From the human T2T-CHM13v2.0 reference genome, Homo sapiens, in the NCBI RefSeq assembly GCF_009914755.1, contig NC_060928.1: DNA of 64,000 nucleotides. The stretch is one strand, 5' to 3'. Shown here one piece after another: positions 1-12,820 of the stretch. Position 1 is the first letter of the stretch. Every line of letters starts with the position of its first letter. Both the position numbers and the translations under genes were made by a program. Under the pieces are notes generated by a model, which did no database searches, had not been told where the DNA came from, and was given only the letters and a program-made list of their open reading frames with translations.

Positions 1-109
1 AGATCAAAAGCACAGAAGAAAAGCGTGTATGCCTGCTCTTACACAGCCTCTGTGGATAGTAACCATTTGTTTCTGTTTCGCTCTCCCATTCCAATGGTGC
101 AGTGGCCCA

Positions 110-502
110 AGCCACCAGGGTCTCTTGCTGTGAGCACTCTAATAACCTCCCAAGCGGTATCCTTATTTCCACCCTTGCTCCACTGTAGAATAATCTCAAC
201 ACAGCAGCTAGAGGGAATCTTAAAACGCAGGCCAGATCCTGTTGCTTTTCTGCTCAAAATCTCCCATTCTCCTTCAGATGAACACCAATGGGCCATCTGA
301 TGCCCTCACGTGATGTGCCTTGCTCTATTTCCTCTGCTGAACATATCACCTTCTAACACAATATTTAAGTTACTTATTTATATTGTTTATTAATCCCTCC
401 CACCCAATTGACATATGAGCTCCACTAATGAAGTTTTATCTGTATCTGTAATAACGGGGATACTTATTAAGTCCCCAATAAACATTTATTGAATGACTGA
501 GA
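110..502 (+). mobile_element. L2 LINE 3' fragment
   Basis: L2-typical 'ctcaacacagcagctagagggaatctt...ctgctcaaaatctccc', ending in the L2 tail 'caataaacatttattgaatgactga'. Confidence 0.7.
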
Positions 503-1245
503 AAATTTTCCCATGGATGCTCATACATAAAAACAGTGTAGAAATTCACAAGCTCATAAAATTGATACCATTCATGACTTTGGCAAAAATCTTGGATATC
601 TCTATTAAAAGTCCTTTTTAATAAAAAATTTTGACTACTTAACTAAACTTAGTAAATTTGAATAATTCTTTAAGCTGATACTACAGCTTCTATTAGAATA
701 AGACCTTCAGATGATTATCCTCATATATCTCAGTTGATTGTTTCTAAGGGATTTTTTTTCTTTTTCTATGAATGACCCTTACATTTGCTGTTATCCTGAA
801 TATACTAGAATGATTTTAAAGTAATGACTTTCTTATAAAACTTCACAAAAAAAGAAAAAAAAATTCACTAAGAGAAAATAAGCAAAATTAGAAAAAAATA
901 TAATTTATTTTTGGATAACTAAAATCAATGGAAACAACTTCCTATTTATTTACACATTAATATTTGTGTTTTGATTAGCTACCATGTATACAAACTACCA
1001 TTATAATTTTTGTTTAGAAAGTTGTCACCATTGGTATTCAAAATTTTCTCTTTATGAACTGTATTTTACAAAAATATGTACTCCTAACTGAAGTCCTCAT
1101 TTTTATTTTAAACTATAGAAAGCTTGTTTCTTCATTGAGCCCATAACCAGGGTTAGATTTTTATCGCTATTAACACATGAGCCAAGAGAACATTTTCATG
1201 CCAAAGACAGTTATACTGTCTGTGCCCCGAAGAGCACAGTAGTGG

Positions 1246-1320
1246 CTGTTTGGACTTTGAACAACATATTAGTGAAGTCAAGTCACACATTTCTCGATGC
1301 CATTACGCAAACACAGGAAG
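1246..1320. promoter_or_regulatory. Candidate hepatic/endodermal enhancer motif cluster (HNF4, C/EBP, FOXA)
   Basis: TGGACTTTGAAC at 1251-1262 (reverse complement GTTCAAAGTCCA, HNF4 motif); ATTACGCAA at 1302-1310 (C/EBP); GCAAACA at 1307-1313 (FOXA). Motif evidence only. Confidence 0.35.
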
Positions 1321-2371
1321 AATGAAAGCCAGAGCTTGTAAAAGTAATTCTTGGAAGGCTTCAGGAGTGTATAAAATGTGCTCTGTAATTTTCAGCCTCC
1401 TGCAGTGCAAGTGATTAGCTAAAGAAACACTTTGAACCTGTTAGTTGTACATCTTTTAAACCATTTTAAATTATGGAAAAGATAGTCCTCAAGAAATTAA
1501 TTTAAGTTTTGGACAATAATGCAATCAGGGATATCTATGTTTGCAGTCTTTTCTCTCTGCTTGCATACATCTTTCTCTGTCAAGTACATCAAACAGCTAA
1601 TTAGCCTCATTTTAAGAGCTTCTCTGCTCACATCACTTAAAAGGATCTCCAGGCCGCCTTCTTAGAGAGTTCACACTTTCTGTGCATTGGCTTTCTGAAA
1701 GTTTCTTAGTCTTTGAAGGAATCTATTCCCTACATATTGGAAGAACTTTAAAAGTAGATGGACTTTCCTTCCCACAAATCAATTTTCTTTGTTTTCTCAC
1801 TTATGATCAACATTTTACAAATAATCTTGTAAAGGTTGATACATATATTTTACCTGATATTTGCTTATTTTAGTTAAATACTCTTGGGTTTGCTGAAGAC
1901 ATCTGAAAAACATTAGAATGACTGCTTTTTATTAAGACATGTGGTGCCAGGAGAAAAAAAAATTGTGAGAGACTAAAGTGTTGCTTTCATTTAGCATAAA
2001 GTGTTACTACACTGACAAAAGTTTGATGTTTCAAATACCCACTTTAGAAGTAACTACAGGTCACATGATCTACAGATATCACATGTTAGCACATGTTAAA
2101 AGTTATAACCATAACTAGAGACAGAATTTCTGACTCACAGCTTCCATTAATCTGAACTATCATATGTCATCTCAAGTTGACTATAAAAATAACTCAAGAC
2201 ACCAGCGTGCTTCAATTAACAGCTGAAATATTGTGATATTTTAACACAGGTGATATAAAGAATCAGAGCCACAAATAGATACATAACTGTGAGTTGTAGC
2301 TACTTCCTTGCAAGTTTATTGTTTAGGGCAGATGTAGAGAATGCTTTCTCCCCTTACAATCCTATAGGACA

Positions 2372-2399
2372 GGGTGTGGGGGGGATGGGGCAGTGGGGG
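2372..2399 (+). other. Potential G-quadruplex
   Basis: GGG tgt GGGGGGG at GGGG cagt GGGGG: four G-runs with 2-4 nt loops. Confidence 0.6.
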
Positions 2400-2571
2400 T
2401 ATTATACTTACTTGGTTTCTTGATAATCTCGAGATACGTATGAATATGACCTGTGGCAAGATCGGTGGTAGATAGGTAAAAAACACCCCAGTATGTTTGA
2501 GATGGGGTAGGGAGTCTATGGTATCTTGAGGAGAACAAGGTGCTCAGAAAAGCCAAGGAGATGTCTGTGAA

Positions 2572-2817
2572 ATAACAACAATAATAACATTAATACATCC
2601 ATTGTGAACTTGGTATGCTTTAGACATAATTTTAAATGTTTTTAATATTTTTACTCACTAAATATTCAAAACAACTTTTAAGGTATTATCACCAACTTAC
2701 CAATATAGACACTGAGGGCGGAGAGAGTTTAAGTAACTTCTTCAAGGTCACACACCCACCACATGGTGGATTTAGGATTTCACCCCTGCAGTCAGGCTCC
2801 AGAACTCTGCAGTCTTA
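2572..2817 (-). mobile_element. MIR SINE
   Basis: Reverse-complement MIR core: 'gacactgagggcggagagagtttaagtaacttcttcaaggtcacac...caggctccagaac'. Confidence 0.75.
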
Positions 2818-5767
2818 AAATCCTGAAGGAAGAACAAAAGGAAGCAATAATGGAGATAAAATTGTGGAGATGGGGATGGGATAGGAAGTGAGGGAAGAAG
2901 TAAGAGAAGAAAAGAGGACTAAGTAGAGGCTAGACAAAAGTTATTTGTTTAGGTAACATCTAATAGCACAATTTTAATGGAAGGTCAAGATGTTTAAGGA
3001 GTAAAGGAAGGTATGGTAGGAAAAATATTTCCTTGAGTAGTGTGATATTTGACCTATGCTTTTGAAGTGAGTCATGTGGATTTAAGATTTTTTTTTGCCT
3101 TAAGATTTCATTAAAACTGAACCCATAGTTTGTATTAATACTTACTCAAGTATATTTTTATACCAAGCAAAAAAATTATTTCAACAAAAATAAATATTAT
3201 GGTTTTAAAGGAGAGGGAATGAAAGCCAGGTTGATACATGAACTATCCAAATAAATTTCAAGAAAAACAAAAACACATGAACACTTATGTTTTTGCTTAT
3301 ATTTTACTGGAAGTATGTTCATTAAGTCTCTGTACATCAAAATTAGGCATTATGGCTGGCCTCATGCAGGTATTCCTGAGAAGACCAATAAGTAATAAGC
3401 AGTCTTCAATCTTTAGCAATAACACAAAACCAAAAATATCTCCCAATTCACCATTAAAATATGAGTGCAATAAGTTGAAGGCAAATTTTTAAATTATTTT
3501 ATAATTAGAATGTTGTAACAAAGATTGCATCATATCATGCTTGGGCAGCTTATTTTTCAAAGGTAGGAAACACCTTTACAAACTAAACACTTTTTTTTAA
3601 CCTCACCTTTTCAGTGTTTAATAATATCTTTTCACCAGATCAAGTGCATTGATCTTGTTGGTGAGGATCTTTTTAGATCTGATGCTGCTGTACAGATATT
3701 TCTCTGTCTTCATGTCATTGACAAATTTGAACATATTTGTTTACATTACTAATATTGTCTAAATACTGATGTTGAATGGCACTGTGCCACAGGGCACTGT
3801 CACAAATCACATTTAACTCCTGGACATGGGAATATCTATTTATTTGCCAGCATATTTTTAGTAAATATAGTAAATATGTCCTGCCAGGTATTCTTCTCTT
3901 GAGCCAGCTATATTTTTCCCCCCTTTGCAAAACAATATCATAAGATTTTGAGTCCTAGTTGCCTCTAACAGGAGGAATTGTATATGGCTCCGTTTTAGCT
4001 TCTGAAAAAGAAGAGTAGGAAGTCAACCATGTTACTTATCCATCCTCATTCTTCGTTTTAGTAAATGGGTTTCTTTTTCATTCCTGTAACCAGACCTCAT
4101 CTTAAATCCATTTGTTTCACTTGGCTTGCTATCTTGTCCTTCCATGTTTTATTAGCTGTCTTGAACCTGGCTAATTATATAGTTCTTTTGGGATAGTTCC
4201 CTGTCCTTGCAACTCCTCTCTGGAGCTGGGATACTCTCTAACCCGAAACAGTGGGTGCATATATTCCCATAGCTCTCTAATATTAACCTTCTGTTTGCCT
4301 TCTTTAGCCCTGTTCCTGGACAGTTTATATAGTATCATCATTGTGGTTTTACTCATATAATTTTCTAGCAACAACCTCACCCTCCAAAGATTAGGGATAG
4401 TTTATGTCCTATATTTCTTATGATAGAGTGGCTGCTTAGATAATGTTTATCGAATGGATCAAATAAAGTGTAGTTTCTTCAAGTTTTCTATTTCTAGGCT
4501 TTCTTTGCCACCACACTACTGTAGCACCTGTTACCATGTCAGGACCCTCCTGGTCCCTGCCAGCTGTCACTTAACATCATATCTATCTTCAGTTTCTGAC
4601 TTTCACTCCTTACAAGTTGCTGAGTTTTTCTCAAACACATGATTCCCAATAGTGAGTGCACTTACTTTCCAGCTTCTTAGTTCCAGCCCTTCTTGACTTG
4701 GTTCCTTCATTGTATTGCCTACTGAACTCAAAAATCCTATTTTGACATAAAAATATTACTATTAGTTAACATTTTTTTACTACAAACTCTGAACCGGGCA
4801 CTATTCCAAATAAAAACTGCTCACCTAACTATAAAAAAACTAGGGTCATATAAACTGTAATAAACCTGATGAAAGTAATTTTGCTATAAAATGTTACTAG
4901 ATCTGAATAATCAGAAAGCCACATTATTTCACCAGGTAACACTGTACATAGTGGGACATTTAGGAACTGTCATGTTTATCATAGAGCTTATCACAGCTCT
5001 TAAATTTCCTGTACAAAGACTCTGCACAAAGGATTAGCTTTAAATGATGCAAAAGAAGATGAAAATGAATACAGTAGACTGTTCATGTTTTTATAGGCTT
5101 CTTTTGACTTCATGTCTAAGTTTAAACTTGTAAAAGAGTTCTCACATTATATCTGCACATAAGAAAACTTTCTGAATGTATCCAGAAAATATTTCTGAAG
5201 ACAATGATATTCATTATCATTGCTTCATAATTACATTTTGTAAGTTCCTAATTGGAATTTGATGTTACTTATAATCAATATGTAAGTATAATGCTTTAAT
5301 ATAAAATTGTAAAATGTCAGGTATCGTATTAATACTATACTCAGTGAAGAACACTGCAAAAATGTCATGATTGCCGAGTTCAATATGTAGGATCATTATA
5401 AAATAAGCAAGACTATAATTAGTATCAAAACAAAATTCTAAGTCAGATGGAGATATTAATTTTATTTTTTCAAGGTAAAGTGAAGTAAGGAAGAATGATT
5501 AAAGGAGAGATATTTTATAATTCCAAAGACACATTCACTATATACTGCAAATATTACAGCAGAATAGATTGACATCATCTTATATTTGCCTTAAATCTGT
5601 TATCTTTAAGTTAATAGATATCTATCATTATGGAAATTTGAAACCCTAGCATAAGATATTAAGCTGGTCACTTGGTTTGCAACTGGAACTCTTTAATCTA
5701 ATTTGGAATGGTAGTTATTATTTTATTTCCACAATAACAGAAATAATTCTGAAACATACACATACCC

Positions 5768-5802
<35 letters not shown>
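5768..5802. repeat. (TAA)n microsatellite
   Basis: Direct reading; one interruption. Confidence 0.9.
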
Positions 5803-5804
<2 letters not shown>

Positions 5805-6319
5805 GATAGGATGTCAGTCTTTCTTCAGTACTGCTAAATCCTTCAAATAAAAACGAACTTAATCATTTCACTTCTAGTCTGGCAGAAACAGATTTATATT
5901 CAAATTATTATGAATTATAGACTGCTCTGGTAATTTATATAGGAGGGTCTTGGTGACAAGAATAAGAAATTCTCATCTGCCAGTTCAATTTATGCCACAT
6001 CAGAAACATGAAGGAACTGACAACATACAAGTATAACTAATAAATTTATTAGTCAAATACTTAACGCATATACCCCTATAATTAGAGATCAGTAATTATC
6101 AAGGGCTTGAAATGCCTTATACCCATAGTTCTTAGAATAAAAGACACATGCAAATCCAGTTGTTTAATCAGTATATCATCTTCTGTGTTCATTTCTGGAG
6201 AAAACTACTCTGTAAAAAATAATAAGCTGCACTTGGTAGAGTACTGTGACGTCTATTTGAAAAATATTAGTTTCTTCCTTAGTGTTTCTTCCACTTTGAA
6301 GTATTTTCTTTAACAATAT

Positions 6320-6840
6320 GTCCTAGTGATTTTTCCATCTCATAGCTTACAGAGTGGCTGATTTTTCTTTTTAAAATAGAAGTATTCCATTATAGAGAGG
6401 GAAAATTGTTATTTAACTTCTATATTGATGCCAGTTAGGTTGTTTCCAATCTTTAACTATAAGATAAAATGCTTTAAAGAATAACTTATACATCCCTTTT
6501 TCACCTGTGCAAGTATACTTGTCAATACATTTCCAGAACTGAGATAACTGAATCAAAAATTAAATTCAATTATTATTTTGATAAATATTTCCCAGTTGTA
6601 TCTCTGTAGACATTTTTTTTTCCAAGTAATACTTCCACCAGAAATGTATGAGCAATGCTTAAGAGTCTCACCAGGAATGTTTCTCCAACTTTTGGAATTT
6701 TGCCAACTTGATAGGTAGACGTGGTATCTTAGTGTAGTAACTTTAATCTAAATATCTTCTGTTATCAGTGAGGTTGAATCCCTTTCATATGTTTAATAGC
6801 TATTTGTACTTCTTTTTAAACGTAAATTTCCTTTACTCTT
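6320..6840 (-). mobile_element. Old L1M (L1ME-like) fragment
   Basis: 'ttaggttgtttccaatctt', 'acttccaccagaaatgtatgag' and 'ttttgccaacttgataggt...gtggtatct' resemble antisense L1 ORF2 3' region. Confidence 0.6.
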
Positions 6841-7369
6841 GCCACATTTTATGTTACATTTTCAATTATACCCTTTGGAAATTTAATCTCCATTTGACCT
6901 TTTTACTTCTCAAAGACTACTTTGTTTTCACTTTTGTTCTGCCTCTCTATGCTGGCAACGTATCTTAGGGCACCTTATGTACTTTCTCTGACAATGCTTG
7001 CTTGCTCCCTGCACAAACTCTTCATGATCTCATCCACCCTGACCTTGTGGTGCTAAGGGCACAGGTGAGAGAATACGGGTAGGACTAGAGGTGGGAGTGG
7101 GTGTTGTTCAGGAACATTTCTGACTTGATGAACATGACCCTTGCTATAAATCCATAGACTAACATGAAGTTCTCTGTGGAGCCTCAAAATACATTCAACT
7201 TAAAGTGATCCGTTTGAACAATAGGATCAAACTGAGAAAAGTCTGAGTTCCATTTATAATCGTTTCAAGGATTAGTTTTGCTTAATTAAAATGAAACCTT
7301 TGAAATGATGATGTTACTTGATTCCCATTCAAAGATTTTAGTCTCCACGATAGGGTTTAATGACAAGTA

Positions 7370-7560
7370 TCTGGGATTGACTCTCACCTTCACCTCTTTC
7401 AGGCAGTGATCTCAGCCTCAGTTTCCTCAAGCAGTAAAATGGTGATTTAATAGTCTCAACCACAAAGGATTGTTGAGTGTTAAATTAAATAATGCATGTA
7501 AATTGCTTAGGACAATACTTGCCTTATCCTAAGTAAATACTATGTGATAGATAGTACATA
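7370..7560 (+). mobile_element. MIR SINE
   Basis: 'gcctcagtttcctcaagcagtaaaatggtga...gattgttgagtgttaaattaaataatgcatgtaaa'. Confidence 0.75.
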
Positions 7561-7996
7561 ATAATAGTAATAACTAAGCAATAAGTGATAAATGACTAAT
7601 AATAGACTTACTGGTAAGGGTAATAAAATCACTTTAAACAAAGTTCAAAATTTGTAAAATAGATTCAGATGATTTTTACATTTTTAACATTCAACACACA
7701 TTGTTAAATCAAAGTTAATGATTGAAGAATTAAGTTGTAATATGATATTGAAAAGTTTAATTAAAATTACCAGCTAATTTTCATTATTGAAAGAATAATA
7801 TAAATTCAAAATATAAATTCAAAACTTTAATTATATAAGCTATATGTTTTATACATTATTAATATATACTAAGGCAATGTTATTTTGTTTGAAAAAATAT
7901 ATTCATCAGATCAACTTATAATTTTAAAGTTTTATTTAAAAATTAGAAAGATAAAAAAATGTATTGTTATTCATAGTACTTTTTATATTACCACCC

Positions 7997-7999
<3 letters not shown>

Positions 8000-8033
<34 letters not shown>
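8000..8033. repeat. (CA)n microsatellite
   Basis: Direct reading. Confidence 0.95.
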
Positions 8034-8038
<5 letters not shown>

Positions 8039-8044
8039 GCAGAA

Positions 8045-8217
8045 AGAAATATTTCATGAAACAAATGTATATTTTCCATTTGTGTTATGTCCTGATCTGT
8101 TCTATTCTTTTTTATTTCAACTCATTTTATTTAGTGTTTTTTAAATGATAGTCATGTCCTATTAAACTGATTTCACAAATCACTAATGGCTTATAATCTG
8201 CAGTTTAAAAAATATTG
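8045..8217. mobile_element. hAT-Charlie-type non-autonomous DNA transposon end
   Basis: 'ctgatttcacaaatcactaatggc...ctgcagtttaaaaaatattg' resembles a Charlie-family terminus; subfamily uncertain. Confidence 0.4.
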
Positions 8218-9014
8218 CCCAAAAGTATATATTCTAGAGAATGTTAAAAATAAGTTCTTCGCTAAACTAAATTAGAAAAATATTGGCTTTAATGAAATTA
8301 AGTACATTGCCCTAGTGAAATATTTCTCAGTGTTTACTGTCCAAGTTATGAATTTCCAAAAAGAGGATAGATATAAAATACAACATTTTCGAATGGCATG
8401 AGATTTTGCAACTAAACCCTCTTTGCTTGTCTTTCCTTCTGTCTTTTCCTCTTCCTTTCTTCCTTCTTTGCTTGTTTTCTTCCTCCTTTTATTTTGAGGA
8501 AACACCTTCAGGAGTAGTTCTTAAGAAATGGACTTCATATATTTTCACATTTCAAAAAAGTAATTACCATAGGTTACTTTTGGTTATAACAGATCTCATC
8601 TTTTTTTATTTTTTAATTGGCTCAATTCACATATTTTTACATATGAACTTTGAATCTGTCAAACAAAATTGCTGTAACTCTAAAAGCTTCGACGGTTTTA
8701 TCCTATTGCTTTTGTTTTAACTAGGTCTCTCTTTTATTATAAATTGTATATTACACATGTTCACATTATAAAATCACATTTACATCATAAATAATGGCTT
8801 ACTGTTAAAATCCTTTATTTAGATGCCAGCTATATTTACTCAGTCCTCTTGATGGAATTCTACACATTGAAGAAACATTTATGTTGCTTTAAATCAATAA
8901 GTAGTAACCACTTATTATTTAGCAACAAAATTTTTTTTAAAAGATCAGAACTAATATATATTGAATTCCTAGTATATACCAAAGTCCTATTATTTACAAA
9001 TATTTCATTGGTAA

Positions 9015-9425
9015 ATTTTTGCTGCATAACAAGCCACTGTAAAAACTAGTGATTTAAAATAACAATGATTTATTATTTCCCATAATTCTATGGGTTAGTA
9101 GGGCTCAGCTGGACAGTTCTTCTGTTGATCTTGCCTGCAATCATGTGGCAGCAATCATTTGACAGCTCAACTGTGGCTGAAGTATCTAAAATGACCTTGC
9201 TACATATCTGGGACCTTGACACTTCCTTTTAGCTGGGTTTCTTTTTTTCATGTGGTCTCAAAATTCAAGACCTCTGAGGTAAAGGCCTCAGAGACTTCTC
9301 AGTTGTGCCACATTGTATTGGTCAGGACAAGTCAGAAAGTCAGCCAGATTGAAGGACTGGGGAAATAGATTCTACCTCTTGATAAAAAGGGCTGGAAATA
9401 CCATGGCTTTGTTTTTCAATACAGC
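9015..9425 (-). mobile_element. MLT1-family (MaLR) solo LTR
   Basis: 'gctgcataacaagccac...aaaactagtgatttaaaataacaatgatttattatt...gggctcagctggacagttcttctg'; the poly(A) signal appears as TTTATT. Confidence 0.75.
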
Positions 9426-9433
9426 ACAGATGA

Positions 9434-9725
9434 TTTTTTTTCTTTTTTTTTTTTTATAAGGAGTCTCACTCTGTCACCCAAGCTGGAGTGCAGTGGAATG
9501 ATCACTGCAACCTCCGCCTCCCAGGTTCAAGCGATTCTCCTGCCTCAGCCTGGAATTACAAGTGCATGCCACCATGTCCAGCTCATTTTTGTATTTTTAG
9601 TTTTTAGTACAGATGGGGTTTCACCAGGTTGGCCAGCCTGGTTTCGAACTCCTGGCCTCAAGTGATCCGCCAGCTTTGGCCTCCCAATGTGCTGGGATAA
9701 CAGGTGTGAGCCACTGCGCCCAGCC
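9434..9725 (-). mobile_element. AluS element with TSD
   Basis: Poly-T followed by a dimeric Alu body ending '...ccactgcgcccagcc'. TSD ttcaatacagcacagatga (9415-9433) / ttcaatatagcacagatga (9726-9744). Confidence 0.95.
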
Positions 9726-9984
9726 TTCAATATAGCACAGATGATTTCTATTAAAATCCTTATGAGAATGCTATAAATTATGTTAGAAGATAACTGTTTT
9801 AGAGCAGAAACCTCAAAAGGGGTTGAAGTAAAAGGCATCTATTCTTGATGAGAAGGAAATGGTAGCTTATACAATATATAATATGGAGTAAACAGTTGAT
9901 AATAGTCTATGCTGGGCTTTACTCAAGTAACTTGTTCCATTTAAAAAATTGTTTAAGGAGAGTTATGACTCATTCTTGTGGGAG

Positions 9985-10105
9985 TAATTGCAGTATAGTA
10001 GAAAAAGCAGATGTTATACAATGGTAGAACCTGGGTGTGAATTCTGGCTTTCCCAATTATTGGTTATGTGGCCCGTGGCTAGCATAACACAATCAAAGTT
10101 TCTTT
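9985..10105 (+). mobile_element. MIR 5' part, interrupted by the adjacent LTR
   Basis: 'cagtatagtagaaaaagca...acctgggtgtgaattctggctttcc'. Confidence 0.55.
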
Positions 10106-10116
10106 AAAAGTATTTA

Positions 10117-10622
10117 GGTTACTGGTGGTAGTTTTCCATATGGATCTGCAGCAACCTCAATTCTTGCCTCCTCTAAAGAGAGAATTCAACTGAGGTGCAT
10201 AAGGCAGAAGGAGAGAGTGAGGCACATTTTAAAGCAGGAATGAAAATTTATTAAAAAGCATTACAGCAGTAATCAAAGGAAGGAAAGTACACTTGGGAGT
10301 GGGCCAAGCAGGTGCCTTGAGAGACCAACTTCATGGCTTGGCCTCTTGACTTGGGGTTTTATATGTTGGCGTACTTCCGGGGTCTTGTGTTCCTTCTCCC
10401 CACTCCTGAAAACTTATTGGGAAGCTGCTGATCAGTTTCAGGTGTTTTCTATCTATCTATTAGGAGCATGTTTGTCTCTGGCACTGGCTGTGGCCAATTG
10501 TTACTTCAGAGAGATAGTTAACAATCACCAGACCATCACCTGGTCGCCCAATACTCCTGGTGTGTGTATAATGGGAGCTCTCTCCTGCCCTGCTCATGCC
10601 TGACCAGCTACCTACTGTAACT
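10117..10622 (-). mobile_element. ERV1-class solo LTR (MER50-like)
   Basis: 'ctgcagcaacctcaattcttgcctcctc...aaagtacacttgg' and terminal 'cctgccctgctcatgcctgaccagctacctactgtaac' match MER4-group LTRs as recalled. Confidence 0.75.
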
Positions 10623-12820
10623 TTCAGGTAATGATAAATGAAATAATTTTGGAATTGTTTGGGCATTCAGTAAATAATAATCAATAATAATTCAATAAAT
10701 GATAATCTCCTTGGTCTTTTTCTCTACCTCTTTGGAATTTTTTAGTATCTATTTAAACAAAACAAAGTAAAAACTAAATTCCAAACTGCATTTTACTTTC
10801 TCCTTAGCCTTTTCCACTGACTAACTTAAAGTACAATATAAGAAAATATGACTATATGATACATTTTACTTTTTTTCATTGATTTAAAGTGTCATCACAG
10901 AAGGAAAAGAGATAAATGTTTAATTTTCAAAACTAGAAGAAAAGCATGATTTAAAAAACAATGACTCATAAATGATTTAAACTGTGTGTATATATATGTG
11001 TTGGAGAATGGGAATTATATAACTGCATTATAAGTGCTTTGGACAATAGAAATACTAAATAGTAAAAAGAAAAAAAAGCCTCATAGTTTGAAAGCCAGCT
11101 TGTATTTGTAGCAAACCTCTAAAAGAAGCCTAAGAGATACGTCAACATTTGAAACCATTAGTCATAATGACACAACACCAGCACTCCAATTGGATGATAT
11201 GGAGAGGACCACGTTGGGACTTATATTTTGATATTATCTAACCAGAAAACAAAATAGAGCACCCAAATTTTGGGTAAAGAAAGAAGAAGGCTTTAGGTAG
11301 ATGCCAGGGTGCCTCTAAGGTAGAAGACAGATGCCTCTTTTGAGTTACTGATTCAAGATTTTTGTAAAGGAAAGCTTTAAAGTATGATAGTCTTGTCTTT
11401 CCAAGTGTTTTCTTCAATCTTCTGCTAGACCTTAGCTCTGTAAAACCTAGAGGTTTTTGTGGAGTTTTTTTGGGGGGAGGAAGGGATCCTATAAACAAAA
11501 ATAAAGCAGTGAGTTTGTGTTGAGGGAGTCTAATACATATTTCAATTGATATCAAAGAAACCGTCTTCTTCCAGAACAGTGAGACAGAGAGGCAGAAGCA
11601 GTGGGGAGGGCAGAGGCAGTAACAGGTCCCTCTTCTAGATGGTGATGGGCAGCATCCCTCTGGTGATTGCTAGATATGGTAACCGGGAAAGGGCCAGGCC
11701 TCTAGGAGGCAGAGAGGGAATAATAATGAGAAGGACACTGCCCAGGAGACTGTCAGAAGTTAAAGGAGCCTAGAAAGAAAAAACACTGCTCTGCTTACCT
11801 TAATTTATTATTTCCCCTACCTCCACGTCCAAGGTCACTATGGACAAGGCAACCCCAGTATTACCCTTTGTATGTCCCAAAACATCTCTCAGAAAATATT
11901 TTCATGTTTCCTAAATTCAAAGATATACAAGTGTATTAAACAATTACTAGGGATCTCAAAGGGATACCTCATTGCAGTTAGGCAATGAAGGTAATTTGAT
12001 TTTTAAAAACATGAGTAAGAGCTATAGTGTCTGTTACATAGTTGCTTCCTTTTATTCTGGAAATAGCCACAGACACAAAATTCTTACAGCCTTATCTTCC
12101 ATTTTCACTCTTAGCTGTTACAAAAACATGCTTTGCATTATATTTAGATAAATAATATTGATACCCTTTTATAAATTTGTCTTGTTCTTTTTGCTTTTTT
12201 GGACCTCTTTTGGAATACATCTGTATGCATTGTGTCCAGTAATATTGAGAGTTGTACCTTCCATGATCCTTTGCCATTGCATGATGAAACGCTCTATTTA
12301 TATTAAAATGAAGGTAGTCCTAGGGGAGACATAGAGCAGAATGAAACAACAAACAGAGCTTTAGAGACTGAATATGTGAAGTGACAGTGATGGCAGAATG
12401 GTAGCTCTAGTTACTGAGTGGCCCAGAGGACTTTAGAAAGACTTATAGCTCCAGCCGCAGTGCCTTGAACGTGGCAGCTCCCACAGGTTTAAGTACTCAC
12501 AGTACAGCAGCTAATCAAATAATTTCTCCTCTTGCGCATCTCGACTTGGTATGTCATTGTAATAATATGTAGCTGGCTGAGGGTCAGGGGATTTTTTTTT
12601 CCTCTTCTGTTAACCAAATGAAGCATTTTATCAAATGATCAAATTTCTTCATAGCAATATTGTGATTACAATGATCTGTTTACTCCAGGTAATGAGAGGA
12701 TAAGCCACGAAAATCACATTAACTTTAATGTGATATTACACCAGCCTTGAAAAGAAAGAGGAGCAAATTAATTGAGATACTAAAGTTCTTTCCTTTAAGT
12801 CTAATTTTTATGGTAATGGA

